The notes beneath the pieces are model-generated. The model had not been told where the DNA came from. It worked only from the letters and a program-made list of their open reading frames with translations, and made no database searches. Position numbers and translations under genes: made by a program. From Chamaesiphon sp. (GTDB lineage: Bacteria; Cyanobacteriota; Cyanobacteriia; Cyanobacteriales; Chamaesiphonaceae): a DNA stretch of 64,000 nucleotides. Of the stretch, positions 39,851 through 50,480 are shown in pieces; the stretch's first letter is position 1; each line of letters starts with the position of its first letter. The stretch lies in assembly GCA_965246715.1 (NCBI GenBank), contig CBDFFH010000027.1:1-64000 (forward strand), in the 5' to 3' direction.

Positions 39851-40597
39851 TCAGAGTTGACCGATCCCACCATCGACGGCAATTTCAGCACCCAAAATAT
39901 AAGCGGAATCTGACGTACTTAGAAACAAGACTGCTTTGGCAATTTCTTCAGGAGTACCAAATCGTTTCATCGGGATTTGAGCGATGAATTTCTGTGCATT
40001 TGCTTCGAGAGCTGCTGGAGATAAACCAGTTCGACTGTGAAAAGGGGTGGCGATCGCACCTGGACTAACCGTATTCACGCGGATACCTCGATCGATTAGC
40101 TCCGCAGCAAATGTTCTAGCTAGCGATCTTACTGCTGCTTTACTGGCTGATACAACGCTGGTACCTGGAAGACCGAGACTACCGATAAAAGAAGTATTGA
40201 GGACAATGACAGCATTGTCATTAAGATGCGTTAGAGCCTTTTGAACTGTGAAATAGAGTCCTTTGAGATTGATTGAAAAGACTTCATCATAGATTGCTTC
40301 AGTCGTATCTGTTAGTGATGTAAATCTGCCAATCCCAGCATTTGCAAACAAGACATCGATTTTACCCACCTTTTCAGCGATCGAGTGGTAAAGTCGATCG
40401 ATCTGTTCCAGATTTGCGACATCTGTTTGCAGTGCTAATACATCTCCACCAATTGTTGAAGCTGCGTTATTGAGAGTATCGAGATCGCGTCCAACAATAA
40501 TAACCTTAGCCCCTTCTTGGCTAAATAGTTTCGCAGTTGCTAATCCAATCCCACTATTTCCACCTGTCACCAGCGCAACTTTTCCAGCTAATTTCAT
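39851..40597 (-). CDS. SDR oxidoreductase
   Basis: VTGGNSGIG, LFANAG. YxxxK tyrosine replaced (VVSASK). Confidence 0.92.
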   Translation of the reverse strand: MKLAGKVALVTGGNSGIGLATAKLFSQEGAKVIIVGRDLDTLNNAASTIGGDVLALQTDVANLEQIDRLYHSIAEKVGKIDVLFANAGIGRFTSLTDTTEAIYDEVFSINLKGLYFTVQKALTHLNDNAVIVLNTSFIGSLGLPGTSVVSASKAAVRSLARTFAAELIDRGIRVNTVSPGAIATPFHSRTGLSPAALEANAQKFIAQIPMKRFGTPEEIAKAVLFLSTSDSAYILGAEIAVDGGIGQL

Positions 40598-40733
40598 AAG
40601 ATTTCCTCTAGTATTTGTCTCGATCGAACATTTCTCAATCAAAGCACGATCTACCTCCCAAATGGAAGTATTTACCAAAAAGTGCGATACTTACCAAATA
40701 GTGAAAATAGTTAATTTACAAGGCTTTAGAAGC

Positions 40734-41144
40734 ATGAATAGCACGACGCTCCAACAGGCAAGACAGGCTCTCAACCAAAAACAGGTGTTTAATTCCACCT
40801 GTGTAGTCCCGCGCGTCCTCGACCATATTGGTAGTAAGTGGGCTATTTTGATTATTTACGCGCTCTCGCAGGGTACGAAGCGATATAGCCAGCTCCAGCG
40901 GCAAATTGAAGGTGTATCGCCAAAAATGTTGATTCAAAATTTGCGGAAGCTGGAAGCTTGTGGTTTGGTCGGACGGATCGTGCATCCAGTCGTGCCGCCA
41001 CAAGTGGATTATTTCTTAACTCCGCTGGGTGAAACGTTAGTCGATCCATTGGCAATGCTTTATGAGTGGGCTGAAAATCATATCCATGAATTCAACCAAA
41101 CTAATGCAAAGGACGAGAGTAATCTTACTCCCCTATCTTCTTAA
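40734..41144 (+). CDS. HxlR regulator
   Basis: IGSKWAILII, VSPKML, PPQVDYFLTPLG. Confidence 0.92.
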   Translation: MNSTTLQQARQALNQKQVFNSTCVVPRVLDHIGSKWAILIIYALSQGTKRYSQLQRQIEGVSPKMLIQNLRKLEACGLVGRIVHPVVPPQVDYFLTPLGETLVDPLAMLYEWAENHIHEFNQTNAKDESNLTPLSS

Positions 41145-41217
41145 ACAAATCGAAACTGGCGGATAATAAATACAATGAATTCTCGATCGTGGCATCTCTT
41201 GTTGCCAGCGATCGATC

Positions 41218-41994
41218 TCAGGAATTACGTCCCGCCATCACACCACCATCCACATTCCAGGTCGCACCTGTAACCCACGCAGATCGATCGGACAGTAAGA
41301 ACGCGATCGTCTCTGCCACATCAACGGGTTGCCCGATCCGTCCGATGGGATGAAAATTATTGAAGCCCTGTAAGGTAGTGTGGATATCTTCTGGCTGGAT
41401 AAACGCTCCATAAATTGGCGTTTCGACGACAGCAGGAGCCACAGCATTGACCCGAATTTGGTACTGAGCCAGTTCCATTGCTAAGTGCTGGGTGAGCGAG
41501 TGTAAACCTGCCTTCGCCATCGAGTAAGCTGAGGATGGAGTCGCGAGTATCGCTTGATGTGCCCACATCGATCCCACATTGACAATCGCACCGCCATGTT
41601 GCTGTTGCACCATATTCCGCACGACCTGCTGTGTAGCAAAAAAGGTGCCATGATTGAGATTGAGATAGCGATCGTAGTCGGCTTCTGAGTGTTCGAGAAA
41701 TGACTTGGGTTGAAAAACACCCGCAGTATTGACGAGATAGCGAACATGCGGGAGTTCGGCTGCAATACGATCGATTAGTCGAGACGTATCTTGACGATCG
41801 CTGATATCTACTTGCCAGATATGGATCTTACCGCGATCTTCGAGATCGGCTGCTGTGGCTTGAAGTTCGTCGAGATTGCGTCCGACGATCGTGACGTTCG
41901 CCCCCTGCGCGAGTAAAATTTCGACAACCGATCGTCCGATCCCACCGCTACCACCGATAATGAGAGCTTGTTGCTGCTTAAATTCTGAGTACAT
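41218..41994 (-). CDS. SDR oxidoreductase
   Basis: [23 protein letters not shown]. Confidence 0.92.
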   Translation of the reverse strand: MYSEFKQQQALIIGGSGGIGRSVVEILLAQGANVTIVGRNLDELQATAADLEDRGKIHIWQVDISDRQDTSRLIDRIAAELPHVRYLVNTAGVFQPKSFLEHSEADYDRYLNLNHGTFFATQQVVRNMVQQQHGGAIVNVGSMWAHQAILATPSSAYSMAKAGLHSLTQHLAMELAQYQIRVNAVAPAVVETPIYGAFIQPEDIHTTLQGFNNFHPIGRIGQPVDVAETIAFLLSDRSAWVTGATWNVDGGVMAGRNS

Positions 41995-42142
41995 GATAAT
42001 TTCCTGGTTGAGAAGATCGATCTTGATGGCAGCAGTATCATAATCAACTCAGATAGATTAGAAAAGTAAGCACTTTCCGGTGAGGTACGCACTTTTTGGT
42101 AGCAATTAAGGTAGGAAGCGAACAAAATTTTGAGTTGGACAA

Positions 42143-42538
42143 ATGGATATTGTAAAGCTAGATAAAGCACCTTCAGCAGCAGCAATGGTGGAGTATATCG
42201 TCGGTTGTAAGTGGTCGATTCGCATTTTGACCTCGATCCGTCAAGGGGTGGATCGCCCTGGTGCCATCACGAGATCGATCGATGGACTGACGACTAAAGT
42301 TCAGGGAGATTGCTTGAGCAAAATGGTGGGGTTTGGGATTTTGAAAAGGATCGCTTACGGAGAGATTCCGCCACGAGTGGAGTACAAACTCACCAATTTT
42401 GGGCAACGTTTCATCTCGATTTTGGATGCAGTCGCACAATTACAGCAAGAGATCGATGCTGCCAGTCAGCAGCCGAGTGAGGAAATGGGAGCGGTTGAAT
42501 TCGATTCTCAGCCGTCTTCAAACACTTACTCTCGATAG
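42143..42538 (+). CDS. HxlR regulator
   Basis: VGCKWS, EIPPRVEYKLT.FG. Confidence 0.9.
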   Translation: MDIVKLDKAPSAAAMVEYIVGCKWSIRILTSIRQGVDRPGAITRSIDGLTTKVQGDCLSKMVGFGILKRIAYGEIPPRVEYKLTNFGQRFISILDAVAQLQQEIDAASQQPSEEMGAVEFDSQPSSNTYSR

Positions 42539-42691
42539 TTCGATCGAGAACTCGAACTAAAATTGTAGCTACTCGCTCGAATGATAGATACGCCATGCAG
42601 CGATCTAACTTAGTTCTCCGACCAAATCCCATCAATTCGCTAGTTACCAATCTCAATTAGAATCCCATTCAGGTCGCGCATATATGCTAAC

Positions 42692-43582
42692 CTATCGATC
42701 GGCTGTGAGGAGCGGTCGGAAGACATCCTCAGACCATTGCTTGAATGTTGTTGTAGTACTTGTCTCGGCGGTGCGAGGTTCGGCATCATAGATCCCCTCA
42801 GCGACTTCGGCAAACAGATCCACTAGACTCTGTGCAAAAGCTGGACTACAGCCATTCGTCAGCATCGATCGGTAATAAGCTTCCGCAGAAATAGGTTGAA
42901 AGCGCACGGGTTTAACGAGCACTTCACTCAAAATTGTCGCTACTCGATCGAGTGATAGATCCTCTGCACCATGCACCCCAACGCCGCTTTGTCCCCACCA
43001 ATCTAGATCGAGTAACCACTTGAGAGCCACAGCAGCGATATCTTGAGTACACACCATTGGGATTGGCAAGTCAGCAGGAAAGGGATAAAAATATAATCCC
43101 TGTTGGGAAATTGGTTTCAATTGCCATAAAAAGTTCTCCATGAAGTTGCCACATCGTAAATATTTGATGTTGGCACCAGTCAGATCGAGCAGTTCTTCCA
43201 TTGCATGAAGTGCCGAAATTGCACCTGCATTTTGAGCGTGTCCTTTGCCACCGCTGGATATTGCTACTATGCGCGGTGGTAATTCTATTCGCTCGATCGC
43301 AGTACAAAGAGCTTGAGTAAAATTTAAGTAATATTTTAGAACATTATCCTGAGTATGGCTTTGGGGAATACACCAGAATAGTGACTCTAAACCATTAAGT
43401 GCTGGCGATAGCACATTGGGATCGGCAATAGATCCTTGAATTATCTCGATCTTATTTGCTACATCGGGGTCGATTTTGTCAGGATAACGAGCAATAACCC
43501 GCACAGATCGATCTGCATTTACGACCGACCTCAAGACATGGCGACCGATATTTCCAGTGGGCGTTGTAATTAGAATAGTCAT
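42692..43582 (-). CDS. NmrA-family protein
   Basis: TTPTGNIG, FMENF, TQDIA. Confidence 0.85.
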   Translation of the reverse strand: MTILITTPTGNIGRHVLRSVVNADRSVRVIARYPDKIDPDVANKIEIIQGSIADPNVLSPALNGLESLFWCIPQSHTQDNVLKYYLNFTQALCTAIERIELPPRIVAISSGGKGHAQNAGAISALHAMEELLDLTGANIKYLRCGNFMENFLWQLKPISQQGLYFYPFPADLPIPMVCTQDIAAVALKWLLDLDWWGQSGVGVHGAEDLSLDRVATILSEVLVKPVRFQPISAEAYYRSMLTNGCSPAFAQSLVDLFAEVAEGIYDAEPRTAETSTTTTFKQWSEDVFRPLLTADR

Positions 43583-43641
43583 GAACTTTTAAGAGCAATA
43601 TTTGTACCGATTGGAGTTAGCTATGCACTCAAAAATTCTGA

Positions 43642-44031
43642 TTACCAGGATGAATTGCCAATTTCAATCAGAATGCCATCCACATCTCGAACGTATGCCA
43701 CCGTCTGTCCCCAAGGTTTAACTACAGGCTCTGCATAAACAGTCGCCCCAGCAGCGATCGCAGTTGCAAAAGCTGCGATTACATCATCAGTGACAAAACA
43801 AATGGCAATTCCGGCAGGTAAATTAGAGAGGCTGTGCTCTTGAAACCCTTGGGAAAGACCATATTTTACAGCTTCACTCGCAGCAAAATGAAGTGTACTT
43901 TCACCCGTTTCTAGCTCGGCAAATAAGCCATTTTCATGAACAAAACGTTGCTGGAAACCAAACGCTTGCTCGTATAAAGCGATCGCTTTGGGAACGTCTT
44001 TGACAAACAAAGTTGGATGAGAGAATTTCAT
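43642..44031 (-). CDS. VOC/glyoxalase protein
   Basis: KPWGQTVAYVRD.DG.LIEI. Confidence 0.9.
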   Translation of the reverse strand: MKFSHPTLFVKDVPKAIALYEQAFGFQQRFVHENGLFAELETGESTLHFAASEAVKYGLSQGFQEHSLSNLPAGIAICFVTDDVIAAFATAIAAGATVYAEPVVKPWGQTVAYVRDVDGILIEIGNSSW

Positions 44032-44129
44032 GGCTGCTACCGATTTGAGAACGTTTGTACGATATCACGATCGATGATGGATGTAGAATAGCTAAAAGTC
44101 CGCATTTCATAACCGATCGTCCAGAAGTA

Positions 44130-45071
44130 ATGTTAATTCCTGACGCACTTACCGATGCGCTCCAGACGCTCCGACTACAAAACACTCACTCTGGCTATTT
44201 CAAGTTCACATCACCGTGGGGCGTGAGAATTCCCAACGATAACGATCGAGAAGTGGCGTATCACATTGTGATGAAGGGGGAATGCTGGCTGCTGATGGAT
44301 GGTACAGCCATTCACTTAACAAGTGGCGATCTAGTCATCTTGCTCGAACGAGTCGAACATATTATTTGCGATCGAGTATCTAGTCCAGTAGCTAATCTCG
44401 ACGAGGTGATTAGGATCGAGCCAAATCAGGGCTATAACCAGATTTCTTATGGTGGCGATGGCATTGCCGCAGAGCTGGTGTCTGGATGTTTCGAGCTATT
44501 GGGCGACCGCGATCGCAATCCGCTCCTCTTGGCACTACCACCGCTAATCCATATCAAAAATGAGCGGTCGTTGTTGGTGCCTTGGCTGGAGCAGACATTA
44601 CAATTTATCGCCGCTGAAATTGCGATCGGGCAACTTGGTTGTCAAACAGTCGTGGCGCGGCTGATGGATGTATTATTCATTCAAGCCGTTCGCGCCTATG
44701 TGAATGGATTAGCTCACGAACAAGGTAACTGGCTATCAGCATTAGTCGATCGAGAAATTGGCACTGCTTTATCCCTAATTCATCGCACTCCCGAATATCC
44801 TTGGACGGTTGCAGATTTAGCCGACAAGATTCCGATGTCTCGCTCGGCATTTGCCGCGCGATTTACCCAGTTAGTCGGACAGCCACCACTGCAATATTTA
44901 ACCAACTGGCGGATGGTTAAAGGTGCGGGTTTATTGCGGGATAGTCAGTTAGGACTGCGAGAGATCGGACTGCAAGTCGGTTATGAATCGGAAGTATCTT
45001 TTAGTAGAGCCTTTAAACGCTGGGCGGGTATTGCTCCTAGTTTTTATCGACAGCAGCAATCTGTATCCTAA
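44130..45071 (+). CDS. AraC regulator (cupin N-terminal domain)
   Basis: PWTVADLA..MSRSAFAARF, VGYESEVSFSRAFKR. Confidence 0.92.
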   Translation: MLIPDALTDALQTLRLQNTHSGYFKFTSPWGVRIPNDNDREVAYHIVMKGECWLLMDGTAIHLTSGDLVILLERVEHIICDRVSSPVANLDEVIRIEPNQGYNQISYGGDGIAAELVSGCFELLGDRDRNPLLLALPPLIHIKNERSLLVPWLEQTLQFIAAEIAIGQLGCQTVVARLMDVLFIQAVRAYVNGLAHEQGNWLSALVDREIGTALSLIHRTPEYPWTVADLADKIPMSRSAFAARFTQLVGQPPLQYLTNWRMVKGAGLLRDSQLGLREIGLQVGYESEVSFSRAFKRWAGIAPSFYRQQQSVS

Positions 45072-45085
45072 ATCTCCCGCTCGTT

Positions 45086-45113
45086 TTTGCTCGTGGGTAT
45101 TGCCACGAGCAAA
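45086..45113. terminator. Hairpin after araC
   Basis: TTTGCTCGTGG-6nt-CCACGAGCAAA. Confidence 0.6.
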
Positions 45114-45304
45114 CATAGACGGAGATCGATTCCCTAGCTAACTAGCGTTGAGACAAGGCTCCAACTCCAATAAAATAAGCAGAAGCCACCGCACCTAATA
45201 GATACAACAACCAAGTCAGGAAAAACCCCATAGTACGATCGCTCGATCGTCCGCATCAATCCTTGATTTAAAAAGATCGAACTTTTAATGAATATCTATC
45301 AAGG

Positions 45305-45375
45305 ATCGATCGAATTGCAATCGATAACCTGCTTTCAGGCGATGCCAATACGCGATCGATTGCAATTCGATCGAT
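45305..45375. repeat. 21-bp perfect inverted repeat rich in GATC
   Basis: ATCGATCGAATTGCAATCGAT (45305-45325) and its reverse complement (45355-45375). Confidence 0.75.
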
Positions 45376-45402
45376 AAACTATTAGCAATCTTTACGGCTG
45401 GA

Positions 45403-46275
45403 TTACTTCGATCTAGCCGTTTCCTTGAAAAAGGATGACAGGAGCTGTGTCAGTCGTTCGGGTTGTTCTTCAGGTATCAAATGACCGCAACGTTCGATCG
45501 TTATGCCTCGGATATCTTGGCACAAGGGCTGCATAGTCTGTAACAATCGATCGCCAGCACCGCTTTCGCCACCAATTGCCAGAACAGGCATCAATAGGAG
45601 AGTTTTAGCACTTTGCCGATTGTGTTCCGCATCTTGCACGAATGTTCGATAGTGGGAAAACCCACCCCGCATTCCGCCTGGAGCTGCGTAGCAGCGCACA
45701 TACTCGGCAATATCTCGATCGCTTAAAGTTTGAGGATTATAGGGATCTCGCCTGTAAGCAATGGCACTCAGGTACAGTTCTTCACGACCCTGCGTTAACG
45801 CTTCGGGAAGATCGTCTACCATGTGAAACCAATGGTGCCATAAAAAACCATTCGCCCTAGCATCTTCTAAACCAAAACCTGGTAAGAGGACATCCAAGAT
45901 CGCTAATTGCCGCACTCCATCTGGATAAGCTTTTGCATAGGCGTAGGCAACCATGCCGCCGATATCGTGTCCGACTAGGCAAATGCGATCGTAGCCCAAA
46001 GCCTGGACTAGTTGGTAGATATCCTCTGCCACATTTCGCTTGTCATAGCCCGATTGCGGCTTTTCGGAGTCGCCGATGCCTCTGAGGTCTGGGGCAATAA
46101 TGGTATATTGACTTGCTAATAAAGGCATGACTTTGCGCCACGCATACCAAGTTTGCGGCCAGCCATGTAGTAACACGAGCGGTTCGCCTTGTCCACCCAT
46201 TACATAGTGCAGTCGAACCCCATTAACTTGAATCCGATGATGACTAAATATACTGTCAAAGTTTTGCTCGTTCAT
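45403..46275 (-). CDS. Alpha/beta hydrolase (epoxide hydrolase/dehalogenase-like)
   Basis: LLHGWPQ, GHDIGG, CGHLIPEE. Confidence 0.92.
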   Translation of the reverse strand: MNEQNFDSIFSHHRIQVNGVRLHYVMGGQGEPLVLLHGWPQTWYAWRKVMPLLASQYTIIAPDLRGIGDSEKPQSGYDKRNVAEDIYQLVQALGYDRICLVGHDIGGMVAYAYAKAYPDGVRQLAILDVLLPGFGLEDARANGFLWHHWFHMVDDLPEALTQGREELYLSAIAYRRDPYNPQTLSDRDIAEYVRCYAAPGGMRGGFSHYRTFVQDAEHNRQSAKTLLLMPVLAIGGESGAGDRLLQTMQPLCQDIRGITIERCGHLIPEEQPERLTQLLSSFFKETARSK

Positions 46276-46388
46276 CCTGTCGATCTAATGTCCTTACTAG
46301 TTTTGTCAGATTCTCGTCGGTGCAACTGCCTCAATACCATAATTTTTTAAGTAACCAAGACGAAAAGATCCACATTAAGAGCGATAAG

Positions 46389-46787
46389 TCAGGTAAAAAG
46401 GGTTGATATATCCATAAACAGTCGGACAGAGGTAACTAATCCTGCATCATTTTTCTCGGTAATCGCTACAGCCGGAATTGTTACAGATTTATTGTCTTTG
46501 CGCTTAAATGTATTGAATGCTTCTAAAACAAAGTTTCGATCGTCACCATAGATATTTTGCAAATTGTGTTCGTCACTATCGATCGTTGCCCAGAATGCTG
46601 CTAAGCTTTCTACAATATTTTTCTTGCCTTTAACGATCGGATTATTGCAAAATTGCATTTCACAATCTTCTGCCAAGAATGTGGCATAAGCATTAATATC
46701 GAGGTTATCCATTGCATTTAAGTACGTAAGATACCACTCATATGAACTATGGCTGAGTTGATTGACTTTGAGTTCGTCGGTTTTCAT
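46389..46787 (-). CDS. SnoaL/NTF2-like protein
   Basis: YLNAMDNLD...FLAED...G, VRLFMD. Confidence 0.85.
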   Translation of the reverse strand: MKTDELKVNQLSHSSYEWYLTYLNAMDNLDINAYATFLAEDCEMQFCNNPIVKGKKNIVESLAAFWATIDSDEHNLQNIYGDDRNFVLEAFNTFKRKDNKSVTIPAVAITEKNDAGLVTSVRLFMDISTLFT

Positions 46788-46829
46788 GAGAATATCCTCT
46801 TTAAATTACAAAAAATTGAAGTTCGATCG

Positions 46830-47738
46830 CTAGTTAAGTTGGGAAGCCTTCCAGGAGGCGTAGTAGGTTTCAATTTCATCAATGATTCCCGTGTGGCGAG
46901 GACTCCAACCCAAAATTCGTGCGGCTTTGCGGGAAGTGATGAATTCGTTTTGGTCGAACCAGGTACTGGCTAAATCATCCTCTTGCTGTAGTCCAAATTC
47001 GATTGCACCGCTATAGTTGGCGGCTTTCAAACAAGCCTGCATCACTTCCAAACAAGTTGGACGCTGCTCGTCGGCAATGCAGAAAATCTCACCATCGATC
47101 GCGGCTCCACTTTCTGCCACCCGCACGTAAGCTTCTGCTAAATCATGAATATGTACCCAGCTCCAACCTTTCTCGCGATCGCCGCGATATACCGCCCTAC
47201 CCTGTCCCATCGCAAACCATTGACTGCTAATACTCGATCGACCGTCGATACCATACATAAAACCTGGACGTAGAACAACCTTCCGACAATGTGGGATTGG
47301 CATGGCAAACATCTTTTGCTCCATATCCATGCGAAATGCCAGCTTGTGTTCGGGGTTTGCTGGAGTCGTCTCATCCATGACCCGTTCGGGACGTTTGCCA
47401 TAGATCGAGCAGCCTGTTGTATAGATGAACAGCCGATTCCGTGGAGAAGTTTCCGCTGCTTGCTGCAATGTCTCAAACAGTTTTAAGTCAGTTCCTTGCG
47501 GATCTTCAAAATCCATCATGGTATGGATGAGAACATCAGTTTGTTCGAGCAAGTGGTGATAAGTTTGTGGTTGTTTGACATCGCCAACTGCTATTTGAAC
47601 CTCGTGCCGTTGCAGCTCTTGAGCGCGGGGTTGGCCAACGTCGCGGACTAATCCATACACCTGATGACCTGCTTGGCGAAGGGCGATCGCCGCATGAAAT
47701 CCGGCATATCCAGTTGCACCTGTAATTAAAATTTTCAT
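46830..47738 (-). CDS. NAD-dependent epimerase/dehydratase
   Basis: ITGATGYAG, LRPGFMYG, WVHIHDLA. Confidence 0.9.
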   Translation of the reverse strand: MKILITGATGYAGFHAAIALRQAGHQVYGLVRDVGQPRAQELQRHEVQIAVGDVKQPQTYHHLLEQTDVLIHTMMDFEDPQGTDLKLFETLQQAAETSPRNRLFIYTTGCSIYGKRPERVMDETTPANPEHKLAFRMDMEQKMFAMPIPHCRKVVLRPGFMYGIDGRSSISSQWFAMGQGRAVYRGDREKGWSWVHIHDLAEAYVRVAESGAAIDGEIFCIADEQRPTCLEVMQACLKAANYSGAIEFGLQQEDDLASTWFDQNEFITSRKAARILGWSPRHTGIIDEIETYYASWKASQLN

Positions 47739-47893
47739 CTTTTTCTACCTAAAGGTACAATAATGCTGTTAAAGACTAGCTCTAACTCTCATAACTACTA
47801 GCATATTGAGATTTATCGATGATGTCTTTGACAAATCTTGCGAATATTTTGCTAAATCTTGCGGTTTGCAGTTGTCGAAAGGTTCGATCGGAG

Positions 47894-48793
47894 CTAAAGC
47901 TTTTTTCGATACTGAGTGGGAGTAATACCAGTATGCTTGCGAAAGAAGTTAGTAAATTGTGCTTGAGTAGAAAAACCTAAATAATTACTAACTTCAACAA
48001 TCGAGAGATTGAGTTGAGTTAATAATCGCTTTGCCAAGTCAATTCGCTGTTGCATCACATACTGCCACAATGGGATTCCCATTGTTTGTTTAAACATCCG
48101 CGCAAAGTGAAATTGACTCAGACCAACGCTTGTCGCGATCGCTGCCAAGGACAAATCTTCACTTAAGTGAGCGTGAACATAATCGATCGCTTGCTGAGTT
48201 TGTGGATGAGAAGAACACCCAATAGTTTCTAGCGGTCGTGCTTTTGTTGAATAACAATAGACTAAATGAGCCGCAAGCGCATTACTCAGTGATTCTGCAT
48301 AAATACGACTGCCAATCGGGTCGGTTTCTAAAGCTATTTTTAGCGATCGCCCAAGCTGATAAATTAGCGGATCTGATTTAGCGAAATGAGGCAAAATTTC
48401 GATTCGATCGGGGTCGATAACTTCAGGATCTAATTGCTTTAAAAAGGTTGGCTCAAAACCGATCAAGAGTAGATCTTGTTCTCCTGTCGATCGAATCCAG
48501 TGGCGTGTATTTGCAGGTACGATACAAACATCCCCAGCAATAATCGATTCATGGCGAAATTGCCCATCTAACCTTCGTTCTGACTGCACTACTCCCTGAG
48601 TTTGAATCGCAATTACATGTTGGGTTGGATAATGCTCTGGTGTTTCGTGAGCTGAAGAGTGATGAGCTTCTAAGTAGATTCCATTCAACTGGATTTTGCT
48701 GCTAAATTCAACCTGAGCGGCTGGAACCGTCTGCAAAATCACAGACTCTTGGCTGTGGTCGATCGCGATTGCATGGTTTTGTGTCATCGGCAA
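47894..48793 (-). CDS. AraC regulator
   Basis: LSQFHFARMFKQTMG, GFSTQAQFTNFFRK. Confidence 0.92.
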   Translation of the reverse strand: MPMTQNHAIAIDHSQESVILQTVPAAQVEFSSKIQLNGIYLEAHHSSAHETPEHYPTQHVIAIQTQGVVQSERRLDGQFRHESIIAGDVCIVPANTRHWIRSTGEQDLLLIGFEPTFLKQLDPEVIDPDRIEILPHFAKSDPLIYQLGRSLKIALETDPIGSRIYAESLSNALAAHLVYCYSTKARPLETIGCSSHPQTQQAIDYVHAHLSEDLSLAAIATSVGLSQFHFARMFKQTMGIPLWQYVMQQRIDLAKRLLTQLNLSIVEVSNYLGFSTQAQFTNFFRKHTGITPTQYRKKL

Positions 48794-48996
48794 ATCGCAC
48801 CTTCAACATCGAACGCGTCTACTTCTGGGCGATCTCGCACTGCTGTAGACAATTATTGCAACTCTTAACTCATTTTAGCCCGTTTTGGTACAGTGAAATT
48901 GTTTGTATGTTCTCCAAGACCTGAAGCTTGTGCTGTTATTCTAAATTGAGGTTTTCTTGCCAAGTTTCAGCTATTTTTTGCCTCGGATTGATTCTA

Positions 48997-50274
48997 TTAA
49001 TCTATGACTATCACCATTTCTTGATAAGCACGTAACATAAAGTTCGAGACGGGTATGAGTGGTTGTCCTAGCTCTAGGTGCAGACTGGGATAGTGTCGCG
49101 TTAATTCCTCCAACACGAGGCGGATTTCGAGTTTGGCTAAGGATGCGCCGATACAGTAGTGAATGCCATGTCCAAAGCTGAGGTGACTGCTAGCATTTTC
49201 ACGTCTGAAGTTCAGCCGATCGGGATTAGGGAATTGAGCCGGATCGTGATTGCCCGCTAGGTAAGCAATCCAGACAGTGGAGTCTTTGGGAATCGTCACT
49301 TCGCCCAATACGGCATCGCGGCTGGTACGACGGAATAGCCCGATCGCCGAACCACCATGCCGGATTAACTCATCTACAGCAGTAGCGATGCGATCGGGGT
49401 GCTGGCATAACTCCTCCCACAGTTCGCGCTGACTCAGGAGACTATACAGCGTGTTGCCAATCAAGGCGGCGGTGGTTTCATGCCCTGCAAACACCAAGCC
49501 AACTGTCAGTCCCGCAATTTCTTCATCACTCAGGGGATCTTCGTCACTTTGTCGCGCCTCGATCGCGGAACTGATTAAGTTATCAGCGGGATTAGTGGCG
49601 TAGTATTTGACTCGATCGAGCATATAAGTATAATACTCGACGACACTTTGCCCGATCGCCCGCTGTTCTTCTGCACTCCAACCAGGATTCTGTAGCTTGA
49701 CAAAATCGGTACTCCAGCGTTTGATGTCTGGCGCATCCGCATCGGCGATCCCCATCAGACGGCAGATCGTCAGTAATGGCAGCCTGTCGCAGAAAGTTTT
49801 GATAACTTCAGCCCGCTTATTTGTCCGCAGCTCGGCAAGTAATTCGTGGATTAGCTCGCGAATTTGTGGTTCTAGGATCGCAACTTGACGGGGCGTGAAC
49901 GCTCGCTGGAAATTGTTGCGTAATCGCGTATGAGCGGGAGGATCGTTATCGATGAGCGAATAACGATACACCGGATGTTCCAATCCACCCATCACCTTGA
50001 GTGCTTCTGGCGAGACTAACGCTGGAGCGGAGAATGCTCCACCAGAGGTGAATGTATTGGTATCTTGCATAACTGCCTTGAGGTCATCATAGCGAGTCAC
50101 CACCCACATATTCATGACTGGGCTGAAGAACACAGGCTGCTCCTGCTGCGCTGCCATAAATGCTGATTGGGGGGCAAGGTTAAAGTGGGGCGTAAAGGGG
50201 TTGAATTGCTCCGGCGATCGCATGTGCGCGACTGGACACTTCAATGCTTCAATATTCTCGACAGACATAGCCAA
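48997..50274 (-). CDS. Cytochrome P450
   Basis: DPPAHTRLR, FAGHETT, ELIR, FGHGIHYCIG. Confidence 0.95.
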   Translation of the reverse strand: MAMSVENIEALKCPVAHMRSPEQFNPFTPHFNLAPQSAFMAAQQEQPVFFSPVMNMWVVTRYDDLKAVMQDTNTFTSGGAFSAPALVSPEALKVMGGLEHPVYRYSLIDNDPPAHTRLRNNFQRAFTPRQVAILEPQIRELIHELLAELRTNKRAEVIKTFCDRLPLLTICRLMGIADADAPDIKRWSTDFVKLQNPGWSAEEQRAIGQSVVEYYTYMLDRVKYYATNPADNLISSAIEARQSDEDPLSDEEIAGLTVGLVFAGHETTAALIGNTLYSLLSQRELWEELCQHPDRIATAVDELIRHGGSAIGLFRRTSRDAVLGEVTIPKDSTVWIAYLAGNHDPAQFPNPDRLNFRRENASSHLSFGHGIHYCIGASLAKLEIRLVLEELTRHYPSLHLELGQPLIPVSNFMLRAYQEMVIVID

Positions 50275-50402
50275 CTCCTAAATTTATACGATAGTTTGAA
50301 AATTTTAGACCTGTTAGAACCTGTAAATTCGACTCAGAGCTAAGAAAGTTCTTTGAATTCTAGGTTGTAGAGTTGAGATGATATTAGATCGCTTCAGCTA
50401 AT

Positions 50403-50437
50403 TCATACGTTCGTTTGATATTAAACCATATGTTTGC
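50403..50437. promoter_or_regulatory. Two probable TetR operators upstream of P450
   Basis: TCATACGTTCGTTTGA and TAAACCATATGTTTGC, resembling TAAAACATACGTTTGA at 51294-51309. Confidence 0.5.
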
Positions 50438-50480
50438 ACAAATGACCAGAACTTGCTAACCAAGAAGTGGCAACGCCTCG

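Noticed and set aside
45140..45260. Short hydrophobic minus-strand ORF MGFFLTWLLYLLG...
   Set aside because: Only about 29 aa, no clear RBS or family. Possible fragment only.
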